A stretch of 64,000 nucleotides of DNA from Paracoccaceae bacterium (GCA_020846995.1 JADLCV010000127.1:19364-83363); one strand, 5' to 3'. Shown: positions 26,595-36,569, numbered from the stretch's first letter. The notes: generated from the letters alone by a model not told the origin. Numbers and translations: made by a program.

Positions 26595-27134
26595 TCACTT
26601 CACCGGGATCATCAGGTGCTGATAGGGGGTGCCGGCCCACATCACGAAGGGCTTCGTGGTGTCGGGCCTGGCGTCGGTCGGGTAGCCCGACATCATGGGA
26701 ACGGCGTTCATCAGCATCACATGCGGCCCGGTCGTGATCCAGTTGTTGCCCTCGGCCGGGCCGGTCGCATAGGGATCGGTGTTGCTGGCATCGGTCCCGC
26801 CCTCGAGCATGTAGATGAAGCCGACCTTGCCCGCGGGCGGGTCGGTGTGGCCGATCCAGGCCATCGCCCATTCCATCGCGTTGGCGTCGCCGCACATCGG
26901 GTCGGGGCCGGGGGTCGCCGGGCTGTCGGGCATGCACCACCAGCCGTTGGTGCCCTCGCGAAGGGTGCGCATCTGGCCGTCCGCGCCGACGGCATAGATC
27001 GCGGCGCCCGAACCGACTGCCGCGGGGGCGGCCCCTTCGGCGCTGCGGATCAGGGCCGCGTCGTCCTGGGCGGCGGCCGGCATGGCAAGGGCGATGGCCA
27101 GCGCTCCGGCGGTCGTCGTCACAACCCGCTTCAT
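26595..27134 (-). CDS. Secreted hypothetical protein
   Basis: 179 aa with signal peptide MKRVVTTTAGALAIALAMPAAAQ, a mature part rich in G/W/M/P with two Cys (NGWWCMPD, DPMCGD), and good third-position bias. I recognise no family. Confidence 0.7.
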   Translation of the reverse strand: MKRVVTTTAGALAIALAMPAAAQDDAALIRSAEGAAPAAVGSGAAIYAVGADGQMRTLREGTNGWWCMPDSPATPGPDPMCGDANAMEWAMAWIGHTDPPAGKVGFIYMLEGGTDASNTDPYATGPAEGNNWITTGPHVMLMNAVPMMSGYPTDARPDTTKPFVMWAGTPYQHLMIPVK

Positions 27135-27163
27135 GGTCTCACTCCCCTAGGTTGGTGTTGCGA

Positions 27164-27520
27164 TCAGTCGTCCCAGGCCTGGACGGTGGTCTGGCGGCGG
27201 ATGCCCTCGGGCCCGAGCTCGGCGGTGCAGGAGGCGACGACGCGGACCCCGTCGGGGTAGGTGCAGCGTTCGAGGAAGGCGAGCCGGTTGCCGTCGATGA
27301 CGCCAAGCTCGATCGCGTGGGTCATCTCGCGGCCGCAGATGTCGGCGATCCAGGCGCCGATCTCGACCGCCCCCCGAAGCGTGCGCGGCCGGCTTGGCGG
27401 GTTCATCGTGTCGATGATCGTCACGACGGCGTCCGGGGCATAGAGCGCCTTCATGCCCTCGCGGTCGCGGCCTTCGACCGCATGGCGCAATGCCTCGATG
27501 CTGGGCACTCTGGGGCCCAT
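27164..27520 (-). CDS. NTF2/SnoaL-like small protein
   Basis: 118 aa from ATG 27518-27520: MGPRVPSIEALRHAVEGRDREGMKALYAPDAVV...NRLAFLERCTYPDG. This is an NTF2-like fold pattern. The upstream part of the tracked 213-aa ORF looks spurious. Confidence 0.6.
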   Translation of the reverse strand: MGPRVPSIEALRHAVEGRDREGMKALYAPDAVVTIIDTMNPPSRPRTLRGAVEIGAWIADICGREMTHAIELGVIDGNRLAFLERCTYPDGVRVVASCTAELGPEGIRRQTTVQAWDD

Positions 27521-27638
27521 GACTGCCTCCCTCGATGGCGGGCTTCGGGTCTCGCGCGGGTCCGGAGTGGTCCCACCGGCAATGCGGTAGCTGCGACTCA
27601 CTTTCAGGTCGGACGCCCCGGTGGCCCATCTTCGCGCG

Positions 27639-27667
27639 TTGAAGGGAAGGCTGTCAACTAGTAGATA
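27639..27667 (+). promoter_or_regulatory. Candidate sigma70-type promoter TTGAAG-N17-TAGATA upstream of the TetR gene
   Basis: Read directly. It lies in the AT-richest stretch of the divergent 202-bp intergenic region, which also contains a TAGATAGATAG run. It is 56 nt upstream of ATG 27723. Confidence 0.35.
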
Positions 27668-27722
27668 GATAGCACTGCCCGGCCGGCGTTGCCGGCACCG
27701 GGCCCCTCGCGGAAGGCATGGC

Positions 27723-28316
27723 ATGAAACCGGGGCCGGCGGCGCCGCAGACCTCCCAGGCGATCCTCGACATCGCCCAGCGGCTGGTCCAGACGCGCGGC
27801 TTCAATGCCTTCAGCTATGCCGACATCGCCGGCGTCCTGCGCATCACGACCGCGAGCCTGCACTACCACTTCGCCTCCAAGGCCATCCTCGGCGTCCGCC
27901 TGATCGAGCGCTATGCGACGCATTTCGCGGCCCTCCTCGCGGCGATCGACGCCGCGGCCGCGCAGTCGGGCGGGGGCGCGCGGGAACGGCTGCGGGGCTA
28001 TGCCGGCATCTATGCCGCCGTCCTCGCCGAGGACCGCTCCTGCCTCTGCGGCATGCTGGCGGCCGAGTTCGAGACCCTGCCCCGGGCCATGCAGGGCGCG
28101 CTCGACGACTATTTCGCGCTGAACGAGCGCTGGCTTCAGGGGGTGCTCGAAGCCGGCCGGGCGAGCGGATCGCTCGCCGTCACCGGGCCCCTCGAGGAGG
28201 CCGCGCACTACATCGTCAGCACGCTGGAGGGGTCGATGATCCTCGCCCGCTCCCACGGCGGGCCGGCGCGCTTCGATGCCGCGGCCCGCCGGCTGCTCGC
28301 GGGGTTCGGGGCCTGA
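27723..28316 (+). CDS. TetR/AcrR family transcriptional regulator
   Basis: HTH region GFNAFSYADIAGVLRITTASLHYHFASK; 197 aa. Confidence 0.9.
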   Translation: MKPGPAAPQTSQAILDIAQRLVQTRGFNAFSYADIAGVLRITTASLHYHFASKAILGVRLIERYATHFAALLAAIDAAAAQSGGGARERLRGYAGIYAAVLAEDRSCLCGMLAAEFETLPRAMQGALDDYFALNERWLQGVLEAGRASGSLAVTGPLEEAAHYIVSTLEGSMILARSHGGPARFDAAARRLLAGFGA

Positions 28317-28384
28317 GGTCGCCCGCGGCCGGTGCGCGCGGCGCGCCCTGCGCCGGCCGGGGCCGGGGCCGGCGCGGCCGCCCC

Positions 28385-29347
28385 TCAGGCGGGGTCGAGC
28401 GGGTGGTGGCAGGCGAAGCGGTGGCCGGGGTCGAGCGCGCGGGTCGGGGGATCGACGGCGAGGCAGATGTCGGTCGCCCGCGGGCAGCGGGGGTGGAAGC
28501 GGCAGCCCCGCGGCACCGCCGAGGGATCGGGGGGCTCGCCCTTCAGGCGGGTGCGGGCGCGGGCCCGCTCGCGCACGGGATCGAGGAGCGGGATCGCCGC
28601 GAGCAGCGCCGCCGTGTAGGGGTGGCGGGGGGCGCGGAAGAGGGCCGCGCGCGGGGCGAGCTCGACGATGCGGCCGAGATACATGACCGCGACGTCGCGG
28701 CACATGTGGGCGACGACGCTGAGGTCGTGGCTGATGAACAGCATCGTCAGCCCGCGCTCGGCCTGGAGGTCGCGCAGGAGGTTCATGATCTGGGCGCGGG
28801 TCGAGACGTCGAGCGCCGACACCGGCTCGTCGGCGACGATGAAGGCCGGGTCGGTGCTGATCGCGCGCGCGATCACCACCCGCTGGCGCTGGCCGCCCGA
28901 GATCTCGTGGGGGTAGCGGGGCAGGAAGTCGGCCTGGAGGCCGGCCCGCTCGATGACGGCGGCGGCACGGGCGCGGGCCTCGGGCCGCGACCAGCCCTGC
29001 ACGCGGAGGTGCTCGACGATCGTGTCGCCGACCGTCATCCGCGGGTTGAGCGCGCCCGAGGGGTCCTGGAAGATGATCTGGCGCTGCTGGCGCAGGCGCC
29101 GCAGCGTCGCGGGATCGGTCGCGCCGGCATCGCGCCCCTCGAAGCGGACGCGGCCGAGCGTCGGCGGCTGGAGGCCGACGAGGGTGCGGCCGAGCGTGCT
29201 CTTGCCGCTGCCGCTCTCGCCGACGAGGCCGAGGGTCGCCCTCGGGCCGATCCCGAGATCGATGCCGTCGAGAGCGCGCAGCGTCCGGCCGCCGCGGAGG
29301 CGGTAGTGTCGCGCCAGCCCCTCGGCCGCGACCAGCACCTCGCTCAT
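28385..29347 (-). CDS. Peptide/opine/nickel-type ABC transporter ATP-binding protein (DppF/OppF-like)
   Basis: Walker A GESGSGKST, signature ISGGQRQR, Walker B FIVADEPVSALD, and a C-terminal oligopeptide-type Cys motif GCRFHPRCP. Confidence 0.9.
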   Translation of the reverse strand: MSEVLVAAEGLARHYRLRGGRTLRALDGIDLGIGPRATLGLVGESGSGKSTLGRTLVGLQPPTLGRVRFEGRDAGATDPATLRRLRQQRQIIFQDPSGALNPRMTVGDTIVEHLRVQGWSRPEARARAAAVIERAGLQADFLPRYPHEISGGQRQRVVIARAISTDPAFIVADEPVSALDVSTRAQIMNLLRDLQAERGLTMLFISHDLSVVAHMCRDVAVMYLGRIVELAPRAALFRAPRHPYTAALLAAIPLLDPVRERARARTRLKGEPPDPSAVPRGCRFHPRCPRATDICLAVDPPTRALDPGHRFACHHPLDPA

Positions 29348-30303
29348 GGCGCGTTCCAGCAGGCGACGAGATGGCCGGGCTCGATCTCGCGCAGCCGCGG
29401 CACCTCGGCGCAGGCCGCGCTCGCGCGCGGGCAGCGCGGCGCGAAGCGGCAGCCGGGAAGGTCCATGGCGCCCTGGACGCTGCCGGGGATGGCCGGGACG
29501 GGCTCGTCCCAGCCGCTGTCGAGCCTGGGGATGCAGTCGAGAAGCCCGCTCGTGTAAGGATGCACGGGGCGGGCGAAGAGGGTGACGGTCGGGGCGAGTT
29601 CAACGATGCGGCCGGCATACATCACCGCCACGCGGTCGGTCATGCCGGCAACGACGCCGAGATCGTGGGTGATGAGGATGACCCCCATCCCGGTCTCGGT
29701 CACGAGGTCGCGCAGGACATCGAGGATCTGGGCCTGCACGGTGACGTCCAGGGCCGTGGTCGGCTCGTCGGCGAGCAGGAGGCGCGGCGAGCAGGCGATG
29801 GCCATGGCGATCATCACCCGCTGGCACATCCCCCCCGACATCTCGTGGGGATAGGCCGCGAGACGCTCCTCGGGGGCGGCGATGCCGACCTTCCCGAGGA
29901 GGGCCCGAGCGCGCTCGCGCGCCTCGCGCTCGGACAGCGGGAGATGGGCGTGAAGGGCCTCGACGATCTGGTCGCCGACCCGGATCATGGGGTGGAGTGC
30001 CGTGCCCGGATCCTGGAAGATCATGGCGATGTCGGCCCCGCGCCGCTCGCGCATCGCGCCCTCGTCGAGGGCGAGGAGGTCGTCGCCGCCAAGCCGTGCC
30101 GCCCCCGCGATCCGGGCCCCCGCAAGGAGGCGCATGAGCGCGAGCGCGGTCGTCGACTTGCCGCAGCCGCTCTCGCCGACAAGCCCGAGCGTCTCGCCCC
30201 GGGCGACCGCAAACGAGATGCCGTCGACGGCGAGCGCCCTGCCGAAGGCGACCGAGAGACCCTCGACCTCGAGCAGGGGCAGGGCCGGCGCGGGCGCGTT
30301 CAT
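29344..30303 (-). CDS. Peptide/opine/nickel-type ABC transporter ATP-binding protein (DppD/OppD-like)
   Basis: ATG at 30301-30303. GESGCGKST, MSGGMCQRVMIAMA, LLLADEPTTALD, GCRFAPRCP. It has ATGA overlaps with both neighbours. Confidence 0.9.
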   Translation of the reverse strand: MNAPAPALPLLEVEGLSVAFGRALAVDGISFAVARGETLGLVGESGCGKSTTALALMRLLAGARIAGAARLGGDDLLALDEGAMRERRGADIAMIFQDPGTALHPMIRVGDQIVEALHAHLPLSEREARERARALLGKVGIAAPEERLAAYPHEMSGGMCQRVMIAMAIACSPRLLLADEPTTALDVTVQAQILDVLRDLVTETGMGVILITHDLGVVAGMTDRVAVMYAGRIVELAPTVTLFARPVHPYTSGLLDCIPRLDSGWDEPVPAIPGSVQGAMDLPGCRFAPRCPRASAACAEVPRLREIEPGHLVACWNAP

Positions 30304-31178
30304 CGGCCCGCCGTCCTCGGGTCGAGCGCGTCGCGCAGCCCGTCGCCGAGGAAGTTGAAGCTGGTCACCGCGAGCGTGATGGCGATCCCGGGAAAGACCG
30401 CGAGCCAGGGATCGACCTGGAAATCGCTCTGGGCGTTGGTCAGCATGTTGCCCCAGCTCGCCTCGGGCGGCTGGATGCCGTAGCCGAGAAAGCTCAGGTA
30501 GCTTTCGAGGAGGATGGCGTTGGCGGTGTTGAGGGTCGCCGCGACCAGGACCGGGGCCATGGTGTTGGGCAGGATCTGGCGCAGGATGATGCGCCAAGAC
30601 GGCGCCCCGACCATCTGCGCGGCGGCGATGAAGTCGGCCGACTTGAGCACGAGGATCTGCGAGTAGACGATGCGCGCGATCTCCATCCAGCAGGTCAGGC
30701 CGATCATCAGCGCCATCGAGGCGAGGCTCGGGGTGACGAAGGCGGCGACGAAGAGGAGCAGGAAGACGCTCGGGAAGCACAGCATGATGTCGGTGAGCCG
30801 CATGAGCACGGTGCCGACCCAGCGCCCGTAGTAGGCCGCGAAGGCGCCGACCGAGAAGCCGACGACGACGGTGACGAGCATCGCCGCGATCCCGACCGCA
30901 AGCGAGATCTGGCCCGCGAACATCAGCCGCGTGAGGACGTCGCGGCCGAGATCGTCGGTGCCGAGGATGTGGCCGGCGGCGAAGGGCGGGGCATAGCGGC
31001 TGGCGAGGTCGAGCTCCTCGGGATCGTGGGGGGCAAGCCAGGGGGCGCCGGCCGAACCGACGACGAGGACCGCGAGCACGACGAGGGCGAGGATCGAAAG
31101 CCGGTGGCGGACGAGCCGCTTCAGGAGGCCCGCCCGCGGCGGCGCGATCGTCACCGCCATGAGGGTGGCGTCAGCCAT
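30300..31178 (-). CDS. ABC transporter permease (DppC-like)
   Basis: 292-aa polytopic protein with GTDDLGRDVLTRL and the EAA-like loop of the BPD-transporter family. Confidence 0.9.
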   Translation of the reverse strand: MADATLMAVTIAPPRAGLLKRLVRHRLSILALVVLAVLVVGSAGAPWLAPHDPEELDLASRYAPPFAAGHILGTDDLGRDVLTRLMFAGQISLAVGIAAMLVTVVVGFSVGAFAAYYGRWVGTVLMRLTDIMLCFPSVFLLLFVAAFVTPSLASMALMIGLTCWMEIARIVYSQILVLKSADFIAAAQMVGAPSWRIILRQILPNTMAPVLVAATLNTANAILLESYLSFLGYGIQPPEASWGNMLTNAQSDFQVDPWLAVFPGIAITLAVTSFNFLGDGLRDALDPRTAGR

Positions 31179-32127
31179 GTCCGAGTTTCACCCGCGGGTC
31201 GATGAGGGCGACGAGGACGTCGGCGAGGAGGTTGCCGAGCACGACCATGACGGCGCCGACCATGAGGATCGCCATCAGCACCGGATGGTCGCGGGTGTTG
31301 AGCGCGCTCAGGAACAGCATGCCCATGCCCGGCCAGCCGAAGACGGTTTCGGTGACGAGCGCGCCGCCGACGAGGAGCGGCACCTGGAGGCCGGCGAGCG
31401 TCACGAGCGGCACCAGCGCCGCCCGGAGCCCGTGGTTGAGAAGCACGCGCGAGCGCCGGATGCCCTTGGCCCGCGCCGTGCGGATGAAATCCTGGTCGAG
31501 GATTTCGAGCATGGTCGAGCGCGTGTAGCGGCTCCACTGGGCGACGAGCACGAGGGCGAGGACGACGACGGGCAGGATCAGGTGCTCGAGGCGGTCGACG
31601 AACCCCCCGCCGCCGGTGCTGACCATGCCGCCCGCCGGCAGCCAGCGCAGCGTCTGGGCGAAGGTGAAGATCGACAGGAGCCCGAACCAGAAGGTCGGCA
31701 GCGACAGCGCCACCATCGCCGCCACGGCGCTGGCATAGTCGAAGACCGAATTGCGCCGCCCCGCCGACAGGATCCCGACGGCGACGCCGATGACGAGCGC
31801 GAGCGCGAGCGCCGTCCCCATCAGGAGGAGGGTTGCCGGCAGCCGGTCGAGCACGATGTCGACGACCGGGCGGCCGCCGAAGAAGCTGTAGCCCCAGTTG
31901 CCGGTGGCCATCCCCGCCGCCCATTTCAGATACTGGACGTGCACCGGCCGGTCGAGGCCGAACAGCGCCTTGACGCGCTCGATGTCCTGGGCGGTGACCG
32001 TGGGATTGAGGGTGTAGAGCGAGAGCGGACCGCCCGGCGCCAGATGCATCAGCCCGAAGCTGACGATCGAGACGCCGAGCAGGAGGAACGCCGACTGGAT
32101 CAGCCGATAGCCGAGGAAGCGCGCCAT
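31171..32127 (-). CDS. ABC transporter permease (DppB-like)
   Basis: 318 aa: MARFLGYRLIQSAFLLLGVSIVSF...DFIRTARAKGI... Confidence 0.9.
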   Translation of the reverse strand: MARFLGYRLIQSAFLLLGVSIVSFGLMHLAPGGPLSLYTLNPTVTAQDIERVKALFGLDRPVHVQYLKWAAGMATGNWGYSFFGGRPVVDIVLDRLPATLLLMGTALALALVIGVAVGILSAGRRNSVFDYASAVAAMVALSLPTFWFGLLSIFTFAQTLRWLPAGGMVSTGGGGFVDRLEHLILPVVVLALVLVAQWSRYTRSTMLEILDQDFIRTARAKGIRRSRVLLNHGLRAALVPLVTLAGLQVPLLVGGALVTETVFGWPGMGMLFLSALNTRDHPVLMAILMVGAVMVVLGNLLADVLVALIDPRVKLGHG

Positions 32128-32234
32128 TCCCTGTCCCGTCGCGCCGCCCGGACGGCCGTGGCCGCCCGGGTCGGCAGGTTGCCCCGTGCCGGACTATCCT
32201 TCACCCGGCCCGACGCGACGGGCAAGGGCCTCGC

Positions 32235-33974
32235 TCACGCCGCCGTCCATTCCACCGTGTTCCACGAGTTGATCGAGGTGTAGGGGTTGGGCCGGTAGTT
32301 CTGGATGCGGTCGAGGACGCCGACGATCGTCTGGTAGGCGAAGATCGGCGCGAAGGGCACCTCGTCGAGCAGGATCTCCTGGATGCGGTCGTAGATCGCC
32401 TTCCGCGCGGCCTGGTCGACGGTCGTCACCCCCCGAGCCGAGAGTTCGTCGATCTCGGCGTTCTGGTACTGGACGTAGTTCGAGCCGCTGCCGCCCTTGG
32501 CCGGGATCGCGGTGCTGATGATGCGGTCGCCGTAGTCGGGGTCGGGATAGAGGAGCGCGTCCCAGCCGACCATCAGCGTGTCGAACTCGCTCTTGACCGT
32601 GTAGTCGCCCCACACGACCGACGCCGGCATGTTCTTGATCGTCATCTCGACGCCGATGCGCTTGAAGTTCTGCTGCACGAGCTGCTGGGCCTGCTCGCGC
32701 GACTTGTTGCCGGCGGTCGTCGACATGGTGAAGGCAAGCCGCACGCCGTCCTTCTGGCGGACGCCGTCGCCGCCGACGGTCCAGCCGGCCTCGTCGAGGA
32801 GGGCTGCCGCCTTCTCCGGGTCGAAACCCGGATCGACGAGGTTCTGGTTGTAGGCCCAGTGGTTGGGCGGCAGGTAGCTGAGCGTCGGGATGGGCACGCC
32901 GTAGTAGACGGCGTCGATCCAGCCCTTCTTGTCCACCGCCATGTAGAGGGCCTTGCGCACGCGCTTGTCGGCGAACTGGGGCTTGCCGCAGTTGAAGTAG
33001 ATGAACTCGACGAAGGGCGAGGCGCTGAGCAGGATCGAGCAGTTCGGAAGCTCCTGGGCCTTCTGGTAGAGCAGCGGCGGGATGCCCTGGAGATCGAAGA
33101 TGTCGACCTCGCCGGTCTGGAACTGGGCGTAGAGCGTCTGCTGGTCGGGGACGTATTTCTGGACCAGCGAGGCAAGCTTCGGGGCCCCGCCGTGATAGTC
33201 GGCGTTGGGCTCGAAGGCGATGTGGCTGCCCGCCACCCGCTCCTTGAGGCGGAAGGGCCCGGTGCCGACCGGGGCGGTGTTGAAGGGCGCGGTGTTTATG
33301 TCGGTCCCCTGCAGGATGTGGCGGGGGATGATGCTCGTCTTCTGCCACGACACCATGTAGGGCGCGAAGCTGTCCTTGAGCGTGATGCGGACGGTGTGGT
33401 CGTCGACCGCCTCGTAGCTCGCGACGTGGTCGTGGCCGCTGCGGCTGCGCACCACGACCTTGGGATCGAGGATGACGTCGAGCGTGAAGACGACGTCGGC
33501 GGCCGTGAACGGGGTTCCGTCGTGCCACTTGGCATCGGGGCGGAGCTTGATCGTCCACGTCAGCCCGTCCGCCGAGATGCCGCCGTTGGCGCCGGTCGGG
33601 ATCTCGGCGGCGAGGTTGGCGACGAAGTTGCCCTCGGGGTCGATCTTCCAGAGCGCATCGAAGACGATGAACTCGACCGAGGTCTCGACGCCGGTGTTGA
33701 CGTAGAGCAGCGGGTTGAAGTTGACCGCCTCCTGGGTGACGCCCAGCACGCACTGGCCGGTCACCGCCGCCTGCGCGGGCGCCGTCCAGGCGCCGTAGAG
33801 GGCGCCGATGCCGCCCGCGAACGGCAGCGACAGGCCGATGGCGCCACCCGCGCGCAGGATGTCGCGGCGGCCGACGGCAGGGGCGGAGAGCGCACCCTCC
33901 GGGGGCTGTTCCCGTCCCGCGGCGCTGGCCCCGGGCCCGGTCGGAATGCGGTCGCTGTTACGCATGTCAGCCAC
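32235..33974 (-). CDS. Family-5 (peptide/opine/nickel) ABC substrate-binding protein with a Tat-type signal
   Basis: GRRDILRAGGAIGLSLPFAGG...APAQA twin-arginine leader, and a body typical of DppA/OppA-like SBPs. The start could be a few codons downstream. Confidence 0.9.
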   Translation of the reverse strand: MADMRNSDRIPTGPGASAAGREQPPEGALSAPAVGRRDILRAGGAIGLSLPFAGGIGALYGAWTAPAQAAVTGQCVLGVTQEAVNFNPLLYVNTGVETSVEFIVFDALWKIDPEGNFVANLAAEIPTGANGGISADGLTWTIKLRPDAKWHDGTPFTAADVVFTLDVILDPKVVVRSRSGHDHVASYEAVDDHTVRITLKDSFAPYMVSWQKTSIIPRHILQGTDINTAPFNTAPVGTGPFRLKERVAGSHIAFEPNADYHGGAPKLASLVQKYVPDQQTLYAQFQTGEVDIFDLQGIPPLLYQKAQELPNCSILLSASPFVEFIYFNCGKPQFADKRVRKALYMAVDKKGWIDAVYYGVPIPTLSYLPPNHWAYNQNLVDPGFDPEKAAALLDEAGWTVGGDGVRQKDGVRLAFTMSTTAGNKSREQAQQLVQQNFKRIGVEMTIKNMPASVVWGDYTVKSEFDTLMVGWDALLYPDPDYGDRIISTAIPAKGGSGSNYVQYQNAEIDELSARGVTTVDQAARKAIYDRIQEILLDEVPFAPIFAYQTIVGVLDRIQNYRPNPYTSINSWNTVEWTAA

Positions 33975-34117
33975 TCCCCTTCAGGCCGGCCCACCGGCCG
34001 GCGCCGGCGGATGCTAGTCGAAGGAAGGGTGCCCGACAAGGCGCCGTCTGCCCGGCGGCGGCTGGACAGCCCCGCCCGCGCTCATTAGGCTCGCGGGTAA
34101 ACATATGGGGGGAAAGC

Positions 34118-36532
34118 ATGAAATCCCATTACCGCGCGGTCGTCATCGGCGGCGGCGTCGTCGGCGCCTCGGTCCTCTATCACCTCGCCAGGTTCGGCTG
34201 GACCGAGGTCGCGCTGATCGAGCGCAAGGTCCTGACCGCGGGGTCGAGCTGGCATGCCGCCGGCGGCTTCCATGCCCTGAACGCCGATCCCAACATCGCC
34301 GCGCTCCAGGCCTACACCATCGACCTTCTCTCCGAGGTCGAGCGCGAGAGCGGCCAGAGCATCGGCATGCACATGACCGGCGGCATCTCGGTCGCCTCGG
34401 CCCCCGAGCGCTGGGAGTGGCTGCAGGCCTCCTACCGCGTCTTCCAGACCATGGGCATCAACGATGTCCACCTCGTCGGCCCGGACGAGATCGCCCGCCG
34501 CTGCCCGGTCATCGACACCCGCGGCATCCTCGGCGGCCTCTACGCCGAGCGCGAGGGCCACATCGACACCTCGGGCACGGTCCATGCCTATGCCCGGGCG
34601 GCGCGGCTGCGCGGGGCCGAGATCATCGAGAACAACCGCGTGATCGAGCTTCGCCACCGCCCCGACGGCCGCTGGGAGGTCGTGACCGAGCAGGGCACGA
34701 CCGTCGCCGACCACGTCGTCAACGCCGCCGGGCTCTGGGCCAAGCAGGTCGGGCGCATGGCCGGGATCGAGCTGCCGCTCTCGCCCATGGAGCACCACTA
34801 CCTCGTCACCGAGGCCCTGCCGGACCTCGCCGCGCTCGACTTCGAGCTGCCGCTGATGGTCGATCTCGAGGGCTTCACCTACATGCGCCAGGAGCAGAAG
34901 GGGCTCCTCCTCGGCATCTACGAGATCAACCACAAGCACTGGAACATGGACGGCGCGCCCTGGGACTACGGGGTCGAGCTCATCCCCGAGGATCTCGACC
35001 GCATCACCGACGAGCTCGCGATCGCCTTCCGCCGCTACCCCTGCCTCGAGACCGCCGGCATCCGGCGCTGGGTCAACGGCGCCTTCACCTTCTCGCCCGA
35101 CGGCAACCCGCTCGTCGGGCCGGTGCGGGGGGTCGCGAACTACTGGGTCGCCTGCGGGGTCATGGCGGGCTTCCTCCAGGGCGGCGGGGTCGGCCGGTCG
35201 CTCGCCGAATGGATGATCAGGGGCGAGCCCGAGGCCGACGTCTGGGGCATGGACATCGCCCGCTACGGCGCCTTCGCCGCGAACCGCGAATACATCCGCG
35301 AGACGACGGGGCAGTTCTACTCGCGCCGCTTCGTCATGAGCTATCCCAACGAGCAGCTGCCGGCCGGCCGGCCCCTGAAGACCGCCGGCGCCCATGACGC
35401 CATGACCGCGGCCGGCGCCCGCTGGGGGGTCTCGTGGGGCATGGAGGTGCCGCTCTACTTCGCGCCCGCGGGCTTCGTCGAGACGCCGACCCTCCGGCGC
35501 TCGAACGCCTTCGCGATCGTCGCCGAGGAATGCCGGCGGGTGCGCGAGGGGGTGGGGCTGATCGACATCACCGCCTTCTCGCGCTACGAGGTCCGGGGTC
35601 CGGGCGCGCGGGCCTGGCTCGACCGCCTGCTCGCCTGCCGGCTGCCCCCTCCGGGGCGGGCGCGCCTTGCCCCCATGCTGGGCGCCGACGGCCGCCTCAA
35701 GGGCGACCTCACCCTCTTCAACTGGGGCGACGGCAGCTGGTGGATCATGGGATCCTACTACCTGCGCGAATGGCACATGCGCTGGTTCGAGGGCCATCTC
35801 GACGCCGGCGTCGAGGTGCGCGACATCTCGGACGCGACGGTGGGCTTCCTCGTCACCGGCCCGCGGTCGCGCGAACTCCTCGCCCGGCTGACCGCGGCCG
35901 ACCTCTCCAACGCCGCCTTCCCCTTCCTCGCCTGCCGCAGCCTCGATGTCGGCCTCCTGCGGACGCGGGTCGGGCGGCTGTCGGTAGTGGGCGAGCTCGG
36001 CTTCGAGATCCATTGCCAGGCCAACGAGCACGCGGTGCTCCGTCGCCTCCTCCTCGGGGCCGGGGAGGGCCTCGGCCTCGCCGAGTTCGGCTACGGGGCG
36101 CTGAACGCGCTCCGGCTCGAGAAGAGCTTCGGCATCTGGTCGCGCGAGTTCACCCAGGCCTACACCCCCGGCGAGACCGGGATGGACCACTGGATCGCCT
36201 TCGACAAGGGCGACTTCGTGGGCCGGGCGGCGGCGCTGGCCGAACGCGACCGGGGCGGGGCCGGCCGCCGGCTCGTGACCGTCGAGGTCGATGCCGGGGA
36301 CGCCGACGCGGGCGGCTACGAGCCCCTCTGGCACCGCGGGCGGCTTGCGGGCTTCGTGACCTCGGGCGGTTACGGCCACACCGTCGGCCGGAGCCTCGCG
36401 ATGGCGCTCCTCGAGCGCGACCTCGCCCGCCCGGGGCAGGAACTCACGACCCACATCGTCGGCATCGAGCGCGCGGCCCGCGTCATCCCGCCCTCGCCGC
36501 ACGATCCCGCGGGCCGGCGGCTGCGCGCCTGA
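34118..36532 (+). CDS. Dimethylglycine/sarcosine dehydrogenase-like protein (FAD oxidoreductase fused to a GcvT aminomethyltransferase domain)
   Basis: 804 aa: AVVIGGGVVGASVLYHL, SSWHAAGG (resembles the covalent-FAD His motif of this family), and a C-terminal GcvT-like half (GLIDITAFSRYEVRGPGA...). Confidence 0.9.
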   Translation: MKSHYRAVVIGGGVVGASVLYHLARFGWTEVALIERKVLTAGSSWHAAGGFHALNADPNIAALQAYTIDLLSEVERESGQSIGMHMTGGISVASAPERWEWLQASYRVFQTMGINDVHLVGPDEIARRCPVIDTRGILGGLYAEREGHIDTSGTVHAYARAARLRGAEIIENNRVIELRHRPDGRWEVVTEQGTTVADHVVNAAGLWAKQVGRMAGIELPLSPMEHHYLVTEALPDLAALDFELPLMVDLEGFTYMRQEQKGLLLGIYEINHKHWNMDGAPWDYGVELIPEDLDRITDELAIAFRRYPCLETAGIRRWVNGAFTFSPDGNPLVGPVRGVANYWVACGVMAGFLQGGGVGRSLAEWMIRGEPEADVWGMDIARYGAFAANREYIRETTGQFYSRRFVMSYPNEQLPAGRPLKTAGAHDAMTAAGARWGVSWGMEVPLYFAPAGFVETPTLRRSNAFAIVAEECRRVREGVGLIDITAFSRYEVRGPGARAWLDRLLACRLPPPGRARLAPMLGADGRLKGDLTLFNWGDGSWWIMGSYYLREWHMRWFEGHLDAGVEVRDISDATVGFLVTGPRSRELLARLTAADLSNAAFPFLACRSLDVGLLRTRVGRLSVVGELGFEIHCQANEHAVLRRLLLGAGEGLGLAEFGYGALNALRLEKSFGIWSREFTQAYTPGETGMDHWIAFDKGDFVGRAAALAERDRGGAGRRLVTVEVDAGDADAGGYEPLWHRGRLAGFVTSGGYGHTVGRSLAMALLERDLARPGQELTTHIVGIERAARVIPPSPHDPAGRRLRA

Positions 36533-36549
36533 GGGGGGTGCGGGCCGCC

Positions 36550-36569
36550 GGGGCGCGCGCGCGCGCCCC
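36550..36569. repeat. Perfect palindrome GGGG(CG)6CCCC between convergent genes
   Basis: Read directly. It lies 18 nt after the stop at 36532 and 50 nt from the stop of the minus-strand gene at 36619. Confidence 0.8.
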
